Origin: Squalus acanthias
Taxonomy: Eukaryota
Assembly (NCBI GenBank): GCA_030390025.1
Contig: CM059432.1
Location: 4,836,001 to 4,900,000 of the forward strand
Reading direction: 5' to 3'
Length of the DNA stretch: 64,000 bases
The notes beneath the pieces are model-generated. The model was not told the DNA's origin. It searched no databases and saw nothing but the letters and a program-made list of their open reading frames with translations. The translations under genes were made by a program, and so were the position numbers. Positions 12,166 to 24,739 of the stretch are shown here, piece after piece (position 1 is the first letter of the stretch; every line of letters begins with the position of its first letter).

Positions 12166-14260
12166 CGTTACGTGGAGAGACTGGAGAAGCTGGGGTTGTT
12201 CTCCTTGGAGCAGAGAAGGCCAAGAGGAGATTTGATAGAGGTGTTCAAAATCATGAAGGGTTTAGATAGAGTAAATAAAGAGAAACTGTTTCCAATGGCT
12301 GAAGGGTCGATGACCAGAGGACACAGATTTAAGGTGATTGGCAAAAGAACCAGAGGCGACATGAGGGGAAACTTTTTTTACGCAACGAGTGGTTAGGATT
12401 TGGAACGCGCTGCCTGATAGGGTGGTGGAGACAGATTCAATAATGGCCTTCAAAAGGGAATTGGAGAAATACTTGAAGGAGAAAAAATTGTTTACCAGTA
12501 CGTGTGCGTGTGCGTCTGCGCGAGACTGAAGATAGCGCGGGGTTGTAAGCCGTCGCACACGAGGGAATGCCTGATCGATTAATATAGTTTTCCAGGAATA
12601 TACATAAAACGCACTCGATCAAACCATTTTGCTTGCGAGTTCCTGAATTTTCTACGGGTACAGGCATTTGTTCACCTGGCCCCACGAATCTTTCAGAAAG
12701 TCGGTGCTGTTTAGTTTTTGTGATCGCCCTGACTACATTAAATCTGAAGACACGTGGAGGGGAGGGGAGGAGAAATGTATTCACTGAGAGTTGTGGGGAT
12801 CTGGAATGCTCGACCTGAAATTGCTGGTTAGGCCACAGCTGGGGTGCTGTGGACAATTCTGGGCACCACACTTCAGGAAAGATGTCCAAGCATTAGGAAG
12901 GGTGCAGAGGAGGTTCACCAGGATGTTACCAGGGAATGAGGAACTTCAGTTACGAGGAGAGGTTGGCAACGTTCGGACCTAATGGAGGTTTTCAAGATGA
13001 TGAGAGGTTTGGATCGAGTAGAGAGAGAAAAACTATTCCCTCTGGCGAGCGGGTCAATAACCAGAGGTCATAGATTCATAATCATTGGCAAAAGATCTGG
13101 AGGGGAGATGAGGAGAAATGTTTTCACTCGGAGAGTTGTGGGGATCAGGAACGCTCGACCTGAAAAGGTGGTGGAAGCTGATTCCATCAATAATGTGAAA
13201 AGGGAGTTGGACGGGTTCTGGAGGATGAGGAACTGACAGGGTTACGGACAAAAAGCGGGGGGGGTGTGGGACTGAGCACGACTGCTCTTTCAAAGAGCCG
13301 GCACGGGCAGTGACGGGCTGAATCTATGCAAGTTTCTATGATTCCATGACGTTTCTTTCAATTGTTTCCGCAGGTTATCAACAGCAGCCCTCCCGTCATC
13401 TATTTCCCAAAACGCTCAAGACGCCAGAAGAGAGAGTGGATCATTCCACCCGTTGCTGTACGGGAACATGAGCCTCCAATGAACAATCCGATTGCTGTGG
13501 TAAGTGACCCTTGCCTCGGCATGTTAAAATATTAACCGCATATGAGGCATTATTTGCGAAAATAATTTATTGGAGCCTCTTGAGAACCGTGGTTGAAATC
13601 ATGAGGTGCCCTTTAAAATGGAGTAAAACATCGAGGGGAAAACTGAAATCCTTTTTGGTTTGTTTATGAAAGCAAAAAAAAAAAATGGTTGCCTAGCAAC
13701 ATGTAACGTCAAACATGGTGAGACATTGGGTTAATAGAGGCAGAGAGTACAAAAGCAAGGACGTTGTGCTAAACCTTTATAAAAACACTGGTTCGGCCCC
13801 AGCCGGAGTATTGTGTCCAATCCTGGGCACCGCACTTTAGGAAGGACGTCAAGGCCTTGGAGAGGGTGCGGAGGAGATTTACTAGAATGGTTCCGGGGGG
13901 GGGGCGGATGAGACTCTTCAGTTACGTGGCGAGACTGGAGAAGCCGGGATTGTTCTCCTTACAACAAAGAAGTTTAAGGGGAAGATTTGATCGAGGTGTT
14001 CAAAATCATGAGGGGTTTTGATAGAGTAGATAAGGAGAAACTGTTTCCACTGGCAGGAGGGTCGGTAACCAGAGGGCACAGATTTAAAATCATTGGAGGG
14101 GCGGCGTGGGGAGAGGTAAAGAGACTTTTTTTTTACGCAGTAAATTGTTGTGATCTGGAACGCGCTGCCTGAAAGGATGGGAGCAGATTCAATAGTAACT
14201 TTCAAAAAGAGAATTGGATAAATACTCGAAGGGAGAAAAAAAATGCTGGGCTATGGGGAT
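12166..14260 (+). mobile_element. Several decayed CR1 3' fragments (~12166-12490, ~12750-13350, ~13730-14260) flanking a cadherin exon
   Basis: Repeated GDLIEVFKIM.G.DRV and TRGHRFK peptides. Confidence 0.8.
13374..13499 (+). CDS. Desmoglein-like cadherin, exon with furin site and mature N-terminus (PKRSRRQKR|EWIIPPVAVREHEPPMNNPIAV)
   Basis: Acceptor ccgcag, donor gtaagt, 126 nt, phase 0/0. RQKR convertase site, Trp2 and the NPIA motif are typical of desmogleins. Position and strand next to TTR match DSG2. Confidence 0.92.
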
Positions 14261-14692
14261 AGAAAGAAAGACTTGCATTTCTATAGCGCCTTCCACGACC
14301 ACCGGACGTCTCAAAGTGCTTTACAGCCAATGAAGTGCTTTTTGGAGTGGAGTCACTGTTGTAATGTGGGAAACACGATGTTATTTATATCAAAACCCTT
14401 CATGATTTTGAGCAGCTCTATCAAATCTCCCCTTAAACTTCTTTGCTCTAAGAGCAGGGGGGGAGTCGGACGAATGAGAGAGCTCTCTCAAAGAGCCGAC
14501 ACAGACACGATGGGCCGAATGGCCTCCTCCTGTGCCGTGCGGTTCTGTGACTCGAAGCACCGCAGGTACCCACAGAATTGCGTGCGACAAATAAAAGGGT
14601 GAACGCAATTCCTCTGTTAGAGAATGAATGTAATCATTTATTGTAGGTGGGTCCATGATGATTAAATGTCTTTTTATCATTTCTTCTCTTAG

Positions 14693-14848
14693 ATTAGGTC
14701 AGATTTTGAACTCAAGAAGCAATTAATCTACACGATTTCAGGACCTGGGGCTGACAGGCAGCCGGTCAATATGTTTGTAGTTGATAAACGTACTGGTGAA
14801 TTAAATATTACAGGGATGGTGGACCGTGAACAAAATCCACAATTCGTA
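14693..14848 (+). CDS. Desmoglein-like cadherin, EC1 exon (IRSDFELKKQLIYTISGPGADRQPVNMFVVDKRTGELNITGMVDREQNPQFV)
   Basis: Acceptor tcttag, donor gtaagt, 156 nt, phase 0/0. Contains the GELNIT and DRE cadherin motifs. Confidence 0.93.
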
Positions 14849-15327
14849 GTAAGTTTTTTAATTCATTTTCAAGTACCGCATGATTACGGTGATAATTTTG
14901 TGCTCGTTAACACGTGGTCCTTCTGTAAAAAAAAAAACCTTTCAAATATTTTAAACCATGAGAACGCGAGCGGATCATCGCACCAATCTCATTCGGTAGG
15001 CCCGTCCTCATTTGAAGGGTAGGCACGTCACGGAATCGGCACTCCGATGTTGTAACCCTGCTTTTGCTTCACAATCATATGAACACGTGATGGAAGAAGA
15101 GTTTTCTGTTCGATAATCGCTCCTGTGAAGCGCCTGGGAATATTTTACTATGTTAAAGGCGCTGGACAATTGCAAGTTGTTGCACGTTGAAAGTACAGAG
15201 AGTGGAATGTCATACAGAGAGGAACAGGAGGAGGCCATTCAGCCCCAAGAGCCTGTTCCGCCATTCAGTTAGATCAGGGCTGATCTCTATCTGCCCGCCT
15301 TGGTTCCGCAACGCTTAATACCCTTAC

Positions 15328-15724
15328 NNNNNNNNNNNNNNNNNNNNNNNNNNNNNNNNNNNNNNNNNNNNNNNNNNNNNNNNNNNNNNNNNNNNNNNNN
15401 NNNNNNNNNNNNNNNNNNNNNNNNNNNNNNNNNNNNNNNNNNNNNNNNNNNNNNNNNNNNNNNNNNNNNNNNNNNNNNNNNNNNNNNNNNNNNNNNNNNN
15501 NNNNNNNNNNNNNNNNNNNNNNNNNNNNNNNNNNNNNNNNNNNNNNNNNNNNNNNNNNNNNNNNNNNNNNNNNNNNNNNNNNNNNNNNNNNNNNNNNNNN
15601 NNNNNNNNNNNNNNNNNNNNNNNNNNNNNNNNNNNNNNNNNNNNNNNNNNNNNNNNNNNNNNNNNNNNNNNNNNNNNNNNNNNNNNNNNNNNNNNNNNNN
15701 NNNNNNNNNNNNNNNNNNNNNNNN
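15328..15724. other. Assembly gap (397 N)
   Basis: Run of N. The left flank is a CR1 tail and the right flank starts inside a SINE. Confidence 1.
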
Positions 15725-18700
15725 GCGCTGCACTGTCGGAGGTGCCGTCTTTCGGATGAGACGTTAAACCGAGGCCCCGTCTGCCCCCTCAGGTGGACGT
15801 AAAAGATCCCAGGGCCACTATTTCGAAGAAGAGCAGGGGGAGTTCTCCCCGGTGTCCTGGGGCCAATATCTATCCCTCAATCAACACCACGATCTGGTCA
15901 TTATCACATTGCTGTTTGTGGGATCTTGCTGTGCGCAAATTGGCTGCCGCGTTTCCTACATTACAACAGTGACTACACTTCAAAAAAAGGACTTAATTGG
16001 CTGTAAAGCGCTTTGGGATGTCCTAAGGTCGTGAAAGGCGCTACAGAAATGCAAGTCTTTCTTTACTTTAATAGCGCCCTGTGATGATCCCCATCTCAGC
16101 TGCTCAAAGTCAGCTCTCACTCACTCACTAAGCTGCCGAGACATTTGTTTCAACGACAGATGTTGAGTTTCTGAGAGAGCAAATATGAGTAAAGATTGTA
16201 AAGTAGTGCCGATCACAACCTAATAATGTCCCAAAGCGCTTTACAGCCAATGAAATACTTTTTGAAGTGCAGTCACTGTTGTCATGTGGGAAACGCGGCA
16301 GCCAATTTGCGCACAGCAAGCTCCCACAAACAGCAATGTGATAATGGCCAGATCATCTGTTTTTTTAGCGATGTTGATTGAGGGATAAATATTGGCCAGC
16401 ACTCTGGGGATAACTCCCCTGCTCTTCTTCGAAATAGTGCCATGAGATCTCATCTGAAAGAAAGTGTTCCCATTGGCGGAGGGTCGAGAACCAGAGGACA
16501 CGGATTTAAGGTGATTGGCAGAAGAACCAAAATCGACATGAGGAAAAACTTTTTTACGCAGCGAGTGGTTAGGATCTGGAATGCACTGCCTGAGAGGGTG
16601 GTGGAGGCAGATTCAATCGTGGCTTTCAAAAGGGAATTGGATAAGGGGCTGAAGAAAATTTTTTTGCAGGGCTACGGGGAAAGGGCGGGGGGGAGTGGGA
16701 CTAGCTGAAGTGCTCTTGCAGAGAGCCGGCACGGGCTCAACGGGCCGAATGGCCTCCTTCTGTGCTGTAAGCATTCTGTGATTCTGTGATTCTATATTAT
16801 GTCAATAGGGCTCTGTGTTCCTGTCATCAGAACACATGAACCCATCTATGTTCAGAGATTTTAGTTCCATAGATGAAAAATGGGTTAAAACATCAAAGCT
16901 ATGGAGCATTATTATAATTTATCTTTTATCGCCCGTCTCCGCCCCTGCCTCAGCTCATCCGCTGCTGAAACCCTCATCCATGCCTTTGTTACCTCTAGAC
17001 TTGACTATTCCAATGCACTCCTGGTTGGCCTCCCACGTTCTACCCTACGTAAACTTGAGCTCATCCAAGACTCTGCTGCCTGTGTCCTAACTCGCACCAA
17101 GTCCCGTTCACCCATCACCCCCTGTGCTCGCTGACCTACACCGGCTCCCGGTTAAGCAATGCCTCTATTTCAAAATTATTTCCTTGTTTTCAAATCCCAA
17201 ATTCTGGCCTCTTGAGCATCCCCGATTTTAATCGCTCCATCATTGGCGGCTGTGCCTTCTGTTGCCTGGGCCCTGAGCTCTGGAATTCTCTCCCTGAACC
17301 TCTCCGCCTCACTACCTCTCTCTCCTTCTTTAAGATGCTCCTTAAAACCTACCTCTTTGACCAAGCTTTTGGTCACCCGTCCTAATATCTCCTTATGGGG
17401 CTCGGTGTCAAATTTTGTCTGATAATCGCTCCTGTGAAGCGCCTTGGGAAGTTTTACTACATTAAAGGCGCTGTATAAATGCTAGTTGTTGTTGTTTAAC
17501 CACTAAAGGCTCTGCATCATTGAATGACTAGAATGGGATAGCCAGAAAAAAAGCCCAGGGTTATAATCTTTATTGGTATGTGCCAGCTTAGCTCAGCGGC
17601 AACACCTTCACCTCTAGGCCAGAATGTTTGGGTATTAGCCCACACCATAGTTTGAGTGCATGGTCTAGGCTGACACTTCAGTGTAGTAGTGAGAGTGCTG
17701 TATTGTTGCAATTGCCATTTTTTGGATGAGGTATTAAACCAACTCAGATCTTTTACGTCCACCTGAGGGGGCAGACAGGGCCTCGGTTTAACGTCTCATC
17801 AGAAAGACGGCACCTCCGACAGTGCAGCACTCCCTCAGCACTGCACTGGAGTGTCAGCCTAGAGTTTTGTGCTCAAGTTTCTGGAGTGAGACTTGAACCC
17901 ACAACCTTCTGACTCCGCGGCGAGGCGTGCCGCCCACTGAGCCACGGCTGACGGCCTGGGGCAATGGTGAGGTACCCATGAGTTAGAGAAGATTTTTTTA
18001 AAAATAATCAGCCAGCTACCTGGTGATCCTGGCTGGAAAAGTCATACGGTGATGAAGGGATTGGATGTGACTTCATTATTCTTGTGTGTGCACTCGCTCC
18101 ATCCCCCTCCCCGCAGTGAAATGCCTCATTAGCATCCACAGTCTAGGCTCACTTGGAAATATATCGGCCGTTCCTTCATCGTCGCTGGGTCAAAATCCTG
18201 GAACTCCCTCCCTATCAGCACTGTGGGAGCACCTTCACCACATGGACTGCAGCGGTTCAAGAAGGCGGCTCACCACCACCTTCTCAAGGGCAATTAGGGA
18301 TGGGCAATAAATGCTGGCCTTGTCAGCGACGCCCACATCCCAGGAACTAATTAAAAAAAAATGAAGAATGGTGTTGTGGGTAATGTAACAGAGGATTGCC
18401 AGCCTGAGTCACCACCAACAACAACTTGTATTTATATAGCGACTTTAACGTCGTAAAACGTCCCACGGCGATTCACAGGAGCGTTATCAAACAAAATTGA
18501 GCACCGAGTCACATGAGGAGATATTAGGCCTGTTTGGTCAAAGAGCTAGATGTTAAGGAGGGCCTTACAGGAGGAAAGAGGTTTAGGGAGGAATTCCCGA
18601 GCTTAGGGCCATAAGAACAGAAGGATTAGGAGCAGGAGTCGGCCATACGGCCCCTCGAGCCTGCTCCGCCATTCAATCAGATCATGGCTGATCATCGACC

Positions 18701-19348
18701 TCAACTCTGCTTTCCCTGCCCGATCCCCATATCCCTCGATTCCCCTGGAGTCCAAAAATCTATCGATCTCAGCCTTGGATATACTCAGCGACTCTGCATC
18801 CACAGCCCTCTGGGGCAGAGAATTCCAAAGATTCCCCAAAGGGACACCTGAAGCCGCCAATGGTGGGGTGAAGGAAATTGGGGATACGCAAGAGGGGACA
18901 AAATTGGGCAGGATTCGCATCCACAAGAGAACAATTTTATGGTGTGGAAAATCAGATTTGCAGGGCCACCATTTACCAAACTGCACTCCCAGCGAGTGCC
19001 ACCCCCCATTGGGAGGATCTGATGGGAGAATTAGCTTACATTTGGGTTCAACCTGGAACATGTCTAAGTTGGAAGGGGTGGGGGTGGGAAATGGACAAAG
19101 GACCACTTAATAATAAAACGTTACTTGCATTTCATAGAATGCCTCTCGCATTGAAATGCATCAAAGCACTTCACACTTTCAATTACTTTGAACTACATAT
19201 GTGTTTGTTAAATAGTCAAACGCAACAGCAATTCTGAACTAGTAATATTGCCTAAACAGCCACAGGGTGAATGACCAATTCATTTTTTAGTTTGAAGGAA
19301 GAGTATTGGCCAGAACACAGAGAAAATTGCCATTTCTCTTTACACATT

Positions 19349-19554
19349 GATGTGGAGATGCCGGTGTTGGACTGGGGTGGACAAATGTGAGAAGTCGCAC
19401 AACACCAGGTTATAGTCCAACAGTTTTATTTGAAATCACAAGCTTTCGGAGCGCTGCTCCTGACTTCACCTGACGAAGGAGCAGCGCTCCGAAAGCTTGT
19501 GATTTCAAATAAAGCTGTTGGACTATAACCTGGTGTTGTGCGACTTCTCACATT
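19349..19554. mobile_element. Short palindromic PLE-A terminal insertion with hammerhead (19466-19502, +)
   Basis: Same GATGTGGAGATGCC start as the copy at 4726, with arms of about 75 bp. TSD TCTTTA(C/A)ACATT at 19337-19348 and 19555-19566. Confidence 0.87.
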
Positions 19555-19616
19555 TCTTTAAACATTGCCATGGGATCTTTAGTATCCACCTGTCCCAAAA
19601 TATAAAAGAAAAACAA

Positions 19617-20069
19617 GAAAGACTCGCATTTCTACAGCGCCTTTCACAACCTCAGGATGTCCCAACGCGCTTTACAGCCAATGAAGTACTTTTTGAAGTG
19701 GAGTCACTGTTGTAATGTAGGAAACGCGGCAGCCAATTGCGCACAGCAAGCTCCCACAAACAGCAATGTGAAAATGACAAGATAATCTGTTTTAGTGATG
19801 TCGATTGAGGGATAAATATTGGCCCAGGACACCGGGGAGAACTCCCCTGCTCTTCTTCAAAATAGTGGCCGTAGGATCTTTTACGTCCACCTGAGAGAGC
19901 AGATGGGGCCTCGGTTTAACGTCTCATCCGAAAGACAGCACCTCAGACAGTGCAGCACTCCCTCAGCACTACACTGGGAGTGTCAGCCTAGATTATGGGC
20001 TCAAGTCTCTGGAGTGGGACTTGAACCCACGACCTACTGACTCCGAGGTGAGAGTGCTACCCACTGAGT
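19617..20069 (-). mobile_element. tRNA-derived Deu-core SINE (SacSINE1-like). Other copies: 15725-16062(+), 16229-16450 plus 17747-17952(-), 24164-24380(+), 25813-26112(+), 29417-29865(+), 43402-43841(-), 45229-45690(-), 53590-53960(+), 54294-54560(+), 54640-55070(-)
   Basis: A-box/B-box head (GGCTCAGTGG...GGTTCAAGTCC) and core GGATGAGACGTTAAACCGAGG...AAAGATCCCATGGCACTA. The family name comes from recalled similarity only. Confidence 0.8.
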
Positions 20070-20994
20070 CGGTTTAATACCTCATCCAAAAAATGGCAAT
20101 TGCAACAATACAGCACTCTCACTACGACACTGAAGTGTCAGCCTAGACCCTGCTCTCAAACTATGGTGTGGGCTAATACCCAAACCTTCTGGCCTAGAGG
20201 TGAAGTGTTGCCGCTGAGCCAAGCTAACACATACCAATAAAGATTATAACTCTGGGCTTTTTTTCTGGCTATCCCATCTCTAGTCATTCAGTGCAGCAGA
20301 GCCTTTAGTGGTTAAACAACAACTAGCATTTATACAGCGCCTTTAATGTAGTAAAACGTCCCAAGGCGCTTCACAGGAGCGATTATCAGACAAAGTTTGA
20401 CACTGAGCCCCATAAGGAGATATTAGGGCAGGTGACCAAAAGCTTGGTCAAAGAGGTAGGTTTTAAGGAGCATCTTAAAGGAGAGAGAGGTAGAGAGGCG
20501 GAGAGGTTTAGGGAGGGAATTCCAGAGCTTGGGGCCCAGGCAGCTGAAGGCACGGCCACCAATGATGGAGCGATTAAAATCGGGGATGCTCAAGAGGCCA
20601 GAATTTGGGATTTGAAAACAAGGAAATAATTTTTTAATCGAGGCATTGCTTAACGGTCAGCGAGCTCAGGAGTGATGGGTGAACGGGACTTGGTGCGAGT
20701 TAGGACACGGGCAGCAGAGTCTTGGATGAGCTCAAGTTTACGTAAGGTAGGAGGTGGGAGGCCAACCAGGAGTGCGTTGGAATAGTCAAATCTAGAGGTA
20801 ACGACGGCATGAATGAAGGTTTCAGCAGCGGATGAGCTGAGGCAGGGGTGGAGACGAGCGATAAAAGATAAATTATAATAATACTCCATAGCTTTGCTGT
20901 TTTAACCCATTTTTCATCTATGGAACTAAAATCTCTGAACATAGATGGGTTCATGTATTCTGATGACAGGAACACAGAGCCCTATTGACATAAT

Positions 20995-23523
20995 ATAGAA
21001 TCATAGAATGGTTACAGCACAGAAGGAGGCCATTCGGCCCATCAAGCCCGTGCCGGCTCTCTGCAAGAGCACTTCAGCTAGTCCCACTCTCCCGCCCTTT
21101 CCCCGTAGCCCTGCAAACATTTTTTCTTCAGGTACTTATCCAACTCCCTTTTGAAAGCCACGATTGAATCTGCCTCCCCCACCCTCTCAGGCAGTGCATT
21201 CCAGATCATAACCACTCGCTGCGTAAAAAAGTTTTTCCTCATGTCTCCTTTGGTTCTTCTGCCAATCACCTTAAATCTGTGTCCTCTGGTTCTCGACCCT
21301 TCCGCCAATGGGAAGAGTTTCTCTCTATCTACTCTGTCTAGACCCCTCATGATTTTGAACACCTCGATCAAATCTCCTTTCAACCTTCTCTGCTCCAAGG
21401 AGAACAACCCCAGCTTCTCCAGTCTATCCACGTAACTGAAATCCCTCATCCCTGGAACCATTCTCGTAAATCTTTTCTGCACCCTCTCTAAGGCCTTCAC
21501 ATACAATGCTTTTGCTGGACTTTGCTCAAAGGATTATGAAACTGTTAGCAAACATGAAAGCACCTGGAAAAGGAGACAGCCTATTGACACTGGTAGGGAC
21601 AGAGAGTGGGGATAACGGGTGTGTATTCCAATTGGCAGCATGTGACTAGTGGTCTCTCCCGGGGATTCTGTGTTGGGGCCTCAGCTTTTCACTGTATTTA
21701 TCAACAATGTGGATGAAGGAATAGGGAGCCGTATGTTCAAGTTTGCTAAATTAAGTGGCACAGTCAGTAGTGCAGACGGGAGCAGAAAGTTGCAAAGGGA
21801 CATTGATAGATTGAGTGAGTGGGCAGAACTGTGGCTTAGATGGAGTTCAATATTCGGGAAGTGTGAGATCATCCATTTTGGACCCAAGACGGATAGATCA
21901 GAGTGTTTGCTAAATGGCGAGAAGCTGGGAACTGCGGAGGAGCCGAGATTTGGGGCGGGGGGGGGGGGGGGGGGGGGGGGTCCATGTACAGAAATCACTA
22001 AAAGCTAGTGGACAGGTGAAAAAAATAATTTAAAAGGCTAATGGAATGTTGGCCTTTATCTCAAGAGGGCGGGAATACAAAGGGGAAGGAAGTGATGTTA
22101 CAGTTATACAAAGCTCTGGTTAGACCCCCTCTGGAGGAAGGATATATTGACCTCAGAGGGGGAGCAGCGCAGATTCACCAGAATGATACCGGGGCTGAAA
22201 GGGTTAAATTATGAGGACAGGTTGCGTAGACTAGGCTCGTACTCCCTCGAGTGTAGAAGATTAAGGAGTGATCTAATCGAGGTGTTTAAGATGACTGATA
22301 GAGACAAACTATTTCCTCTGGTTGGGGGGGGGGGGGTGGTGGGGGGAGTCCAGAACAAGGGGGCACAATCTTAAAATTAGAGTCAGGCTGTTCAGGGGTG
22401 ATGTCAGGAAGCACTTCTTCACACAAAGAGGAGCAGAAATCAGGAACACTCCCCCCCAAAAAAGCTGTTAAGGCTGGGGGGGGGGGGGTGGGGGGGGCGG
22501 GGGGGTCAATCGAAAATTTCAAAACTGAGATTGATAGTTTTTTTTGTTAGGCAAGGGTATTAAGGGTTACGGAACCGAGGCGAGTGAATGGAGTTAAGAT
22601 ATAAATCAGCCATGATCTCATTGAATGGCGGAACAGGCTCAAGGGGCTGAATAGCCTCCTCCTGTTCCTATAATACCCAACTTACTGCATGTAGCAGTAA
22701 AGTGGGAATAAAGTGAAATATCCCGAACATCATACAAAGCATAAAATACTAGTCTATTCCAGGCAGGGTAATGCCAAGCATCTTTTAGTGTCTCATTATA
22801 ATCATGTCTTTGATATTTTGTAAAAGTGCATGAATCGCAAAAGGTTAGTATGCAGGTACAGCAAGTAATTAGGAAAGCTAATAGAACGTTATCGTTTATT
22901 GCGAGGGGAATTGAATACAAAAGTAGGGAGGTTATGCTTTAGTTATACAGGGTATTGGTGAGACCACATCTGGAGTACTGTGTACAGTATTGGTCTCCTT
23001 ATTTAAGGAAGGATGTAAATGCGTTGGAAGCAGTTCAGAGAAGGTTTACTAGACTAATACCTGGAATGGGCAGGTTGTCTTATGAGGAAAGGTTGGACAG
23101 GCTAGGCTTGTATCTGCTGGAGTTTAGAAGAGTAAGAGGTGACTTGATTGAAAGATATAAGATCCTGAGGGGTCTTGACAGGGTGGATGTGGAGAGGATG
23201 TTTCCTCTTGTGGGAGAATCTAGAACTAGGGGTCACGGTTTAAAAATAAGGGGTCGCCCATTTAAGACAGAGATGAGGAGAAATTTTTTCTCAGAGGGTC
23301 GTGAGTCTTTGGAACTCTCTTCCTCAGAGGGCGGTGGAAGCAGAGTCTTTGAATATTTTTAAGGCAGAGGTAGATAGATTCTTGATAAGCAAGGGGGTGA
23401 TAGGTTATCGGGGGTAGGCGGGAATGTGGAGTAATCAGATCAGCCATGATCTTATTGAATGGCGGAGCAGGCTCGAGGGGCCGAGTGGCCTACTCCTGCT
23501 CCTAATTCGTATGTTCGTATGTT
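20995..23523. mobile_element. CR1 fragments: 20995-21502 (-), ~21590-22670 (+), ~22827-23523 (+)
   Basis: CR1 ORF2 C-terminal peptides and tails. Confidence 0.85.
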
Positions 23524-23606
23524 AATTAAATTCTCTTTGTTCGCGCGCCTTTGCATCTGCAAAACTTTTTAATTCACCATCCCCGGTTTGTTTCTGTTCA
23601 CTTTAG

Positions 23607-23743
23607 GATCATGGTGGCAGTGACAGAAAATGCCCGATCATTATCAAAGTCCTTAATGCCGTCAACGGAACACCAGCTGCTGACCTTCATGTGCAAATCC
23701 TCAGACGGAACGAGGACCAAACCTGGCAGGAGCTCAACGCTGG
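23607..23743 (+). CDS. TTR: Transthyretin exon 2 (DHGGSDRKCPIIIKVLNAVNGTPAADLHVQILRRNEDQTWQELNAG)
   Basis: Acceptor ctttag, donor gtgagt, 137 nt, phase 0 to 2. Aligns without gaps to vertebrate TTR (KCPLMVKVLDAVRGSPA). Confidence 0.95.
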
Positions 23744-23829
23744 GTGAGTACCACAGCTGGGTGACGGTTCCTCAGACTCCTCTACATCTGGACCTACACC
23801 CTTCTGGGTTTCTGTTTTCCAGGGATTAC

Positions 23830-24125
23830 AGTCGCACAGTGGTTTATGTTACTGGACCTGAGATCAAATCCCACCATGGCAACTGGGGAATTTAAATTCA
23901 GTTAATTCAATAAATCTGGAATAAAAAGCTAGTATCAGTAATGGTGACCATGAAACTACCGGATTGTCGTAAAAACCCACCTGGTTCACTAATGTCCTCT
24001 AGGGAAGGAAATCTGCCGTCCTTACCCGGTCTGGCTTATTTGTGACTCCAGACCCACAGCAATGTGGTTGACTCTTAACTGCCCCTCTGAAATGGTGATT
24101 CGTTCTCAAAAGGGCAATTAGGGAC
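23830..24125 (+). mobile_element. SINE-like repeat sharing its 3' tail (AGGGCAATTAGGGA) with the LINE family at 24740-25590; older copy at ~6000-6510
   Basis: TCAAATCCCA B-box-like motif, body shared with the ~6000-6510 copy, and LINE-derived tail. Confidence 0.6.
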
Positions 24126-24739
24126 TGATCTGTCGTAAATCAGACCAGTGCCCGTCCACATAGTGTCAGCCATGCCTCAGTGGGTCACACTCTCGCCACC
24201 GAGTCAGAAGGTCGTGGGTTCAAGTCAAACTTCAGAGACTTGAGCACATAAACCTAGGCTGACACTCCCAGTGCGGTGCTGAGGGAGTGTTGCACTGTCG
24301 GAGGTGCCGTCTTTCGGGCGAGACGTTAAACCGAGGCCCCGTCTGCCCCCCTCAGGTGGACGTAAAGGATCCCACGGCACCTCTCAGCTGCGCTGCTCCT
24401 GACCAGCACCAGGAATATTGGCCCCGTCACAGTCACTGGAAATGCACTGACTGAACAAAAACAAATCGATTGGCAGATAAAAAGTCAGGGTTAAGTAATT
24501 CATTGTGATTCCAGTTGCCAATTTGCACATCTTTCGCAACCATGTTACGCGATCCTTGATAGGATCAGACTAGGGAACCACATGGGAACAGGAGTAGGCT
24601 ATGCAAGCCCCTCGAGCCTGTTCCATCATTCAATTAGATCATGGCTAATCTGTGTCTCAACACCATCTACTCGCCAAGTTAATTTACTCTTCAGAACAGG
24701 AAGGCAAACCTTCAGCATTGAATACAAATACATAACGAA

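Larger units (their letters stand above)
16460..21320. repeat. Inverted duplication: arms ~16460-17747 and ~20064-21320, spacer ~2.3 kb
   Basis: Unique sequence (e.g. GTCAATAGGGCTCTGTGTTCCTGTCATCAG) and repeat junctions are shared in reverse complement. Confidence 0.92.

Noticed and set aside
15287..15767. ORFs spanning poly-X
   Set aside because: Translation of the N gap.
15725..23606. Candidate TTR exon 1
   Set aside because: No ATG + hydrophobic signal + phase-0 GT donor was found by eye; the few ATGs in unique DNA hit stop codons.
24164..24240. tRNA-like A/B boxes here and at other SINE heads
   Set aside because: They continue into SINE bodies and have no full cloverleaf, so they are not tRNA genes.
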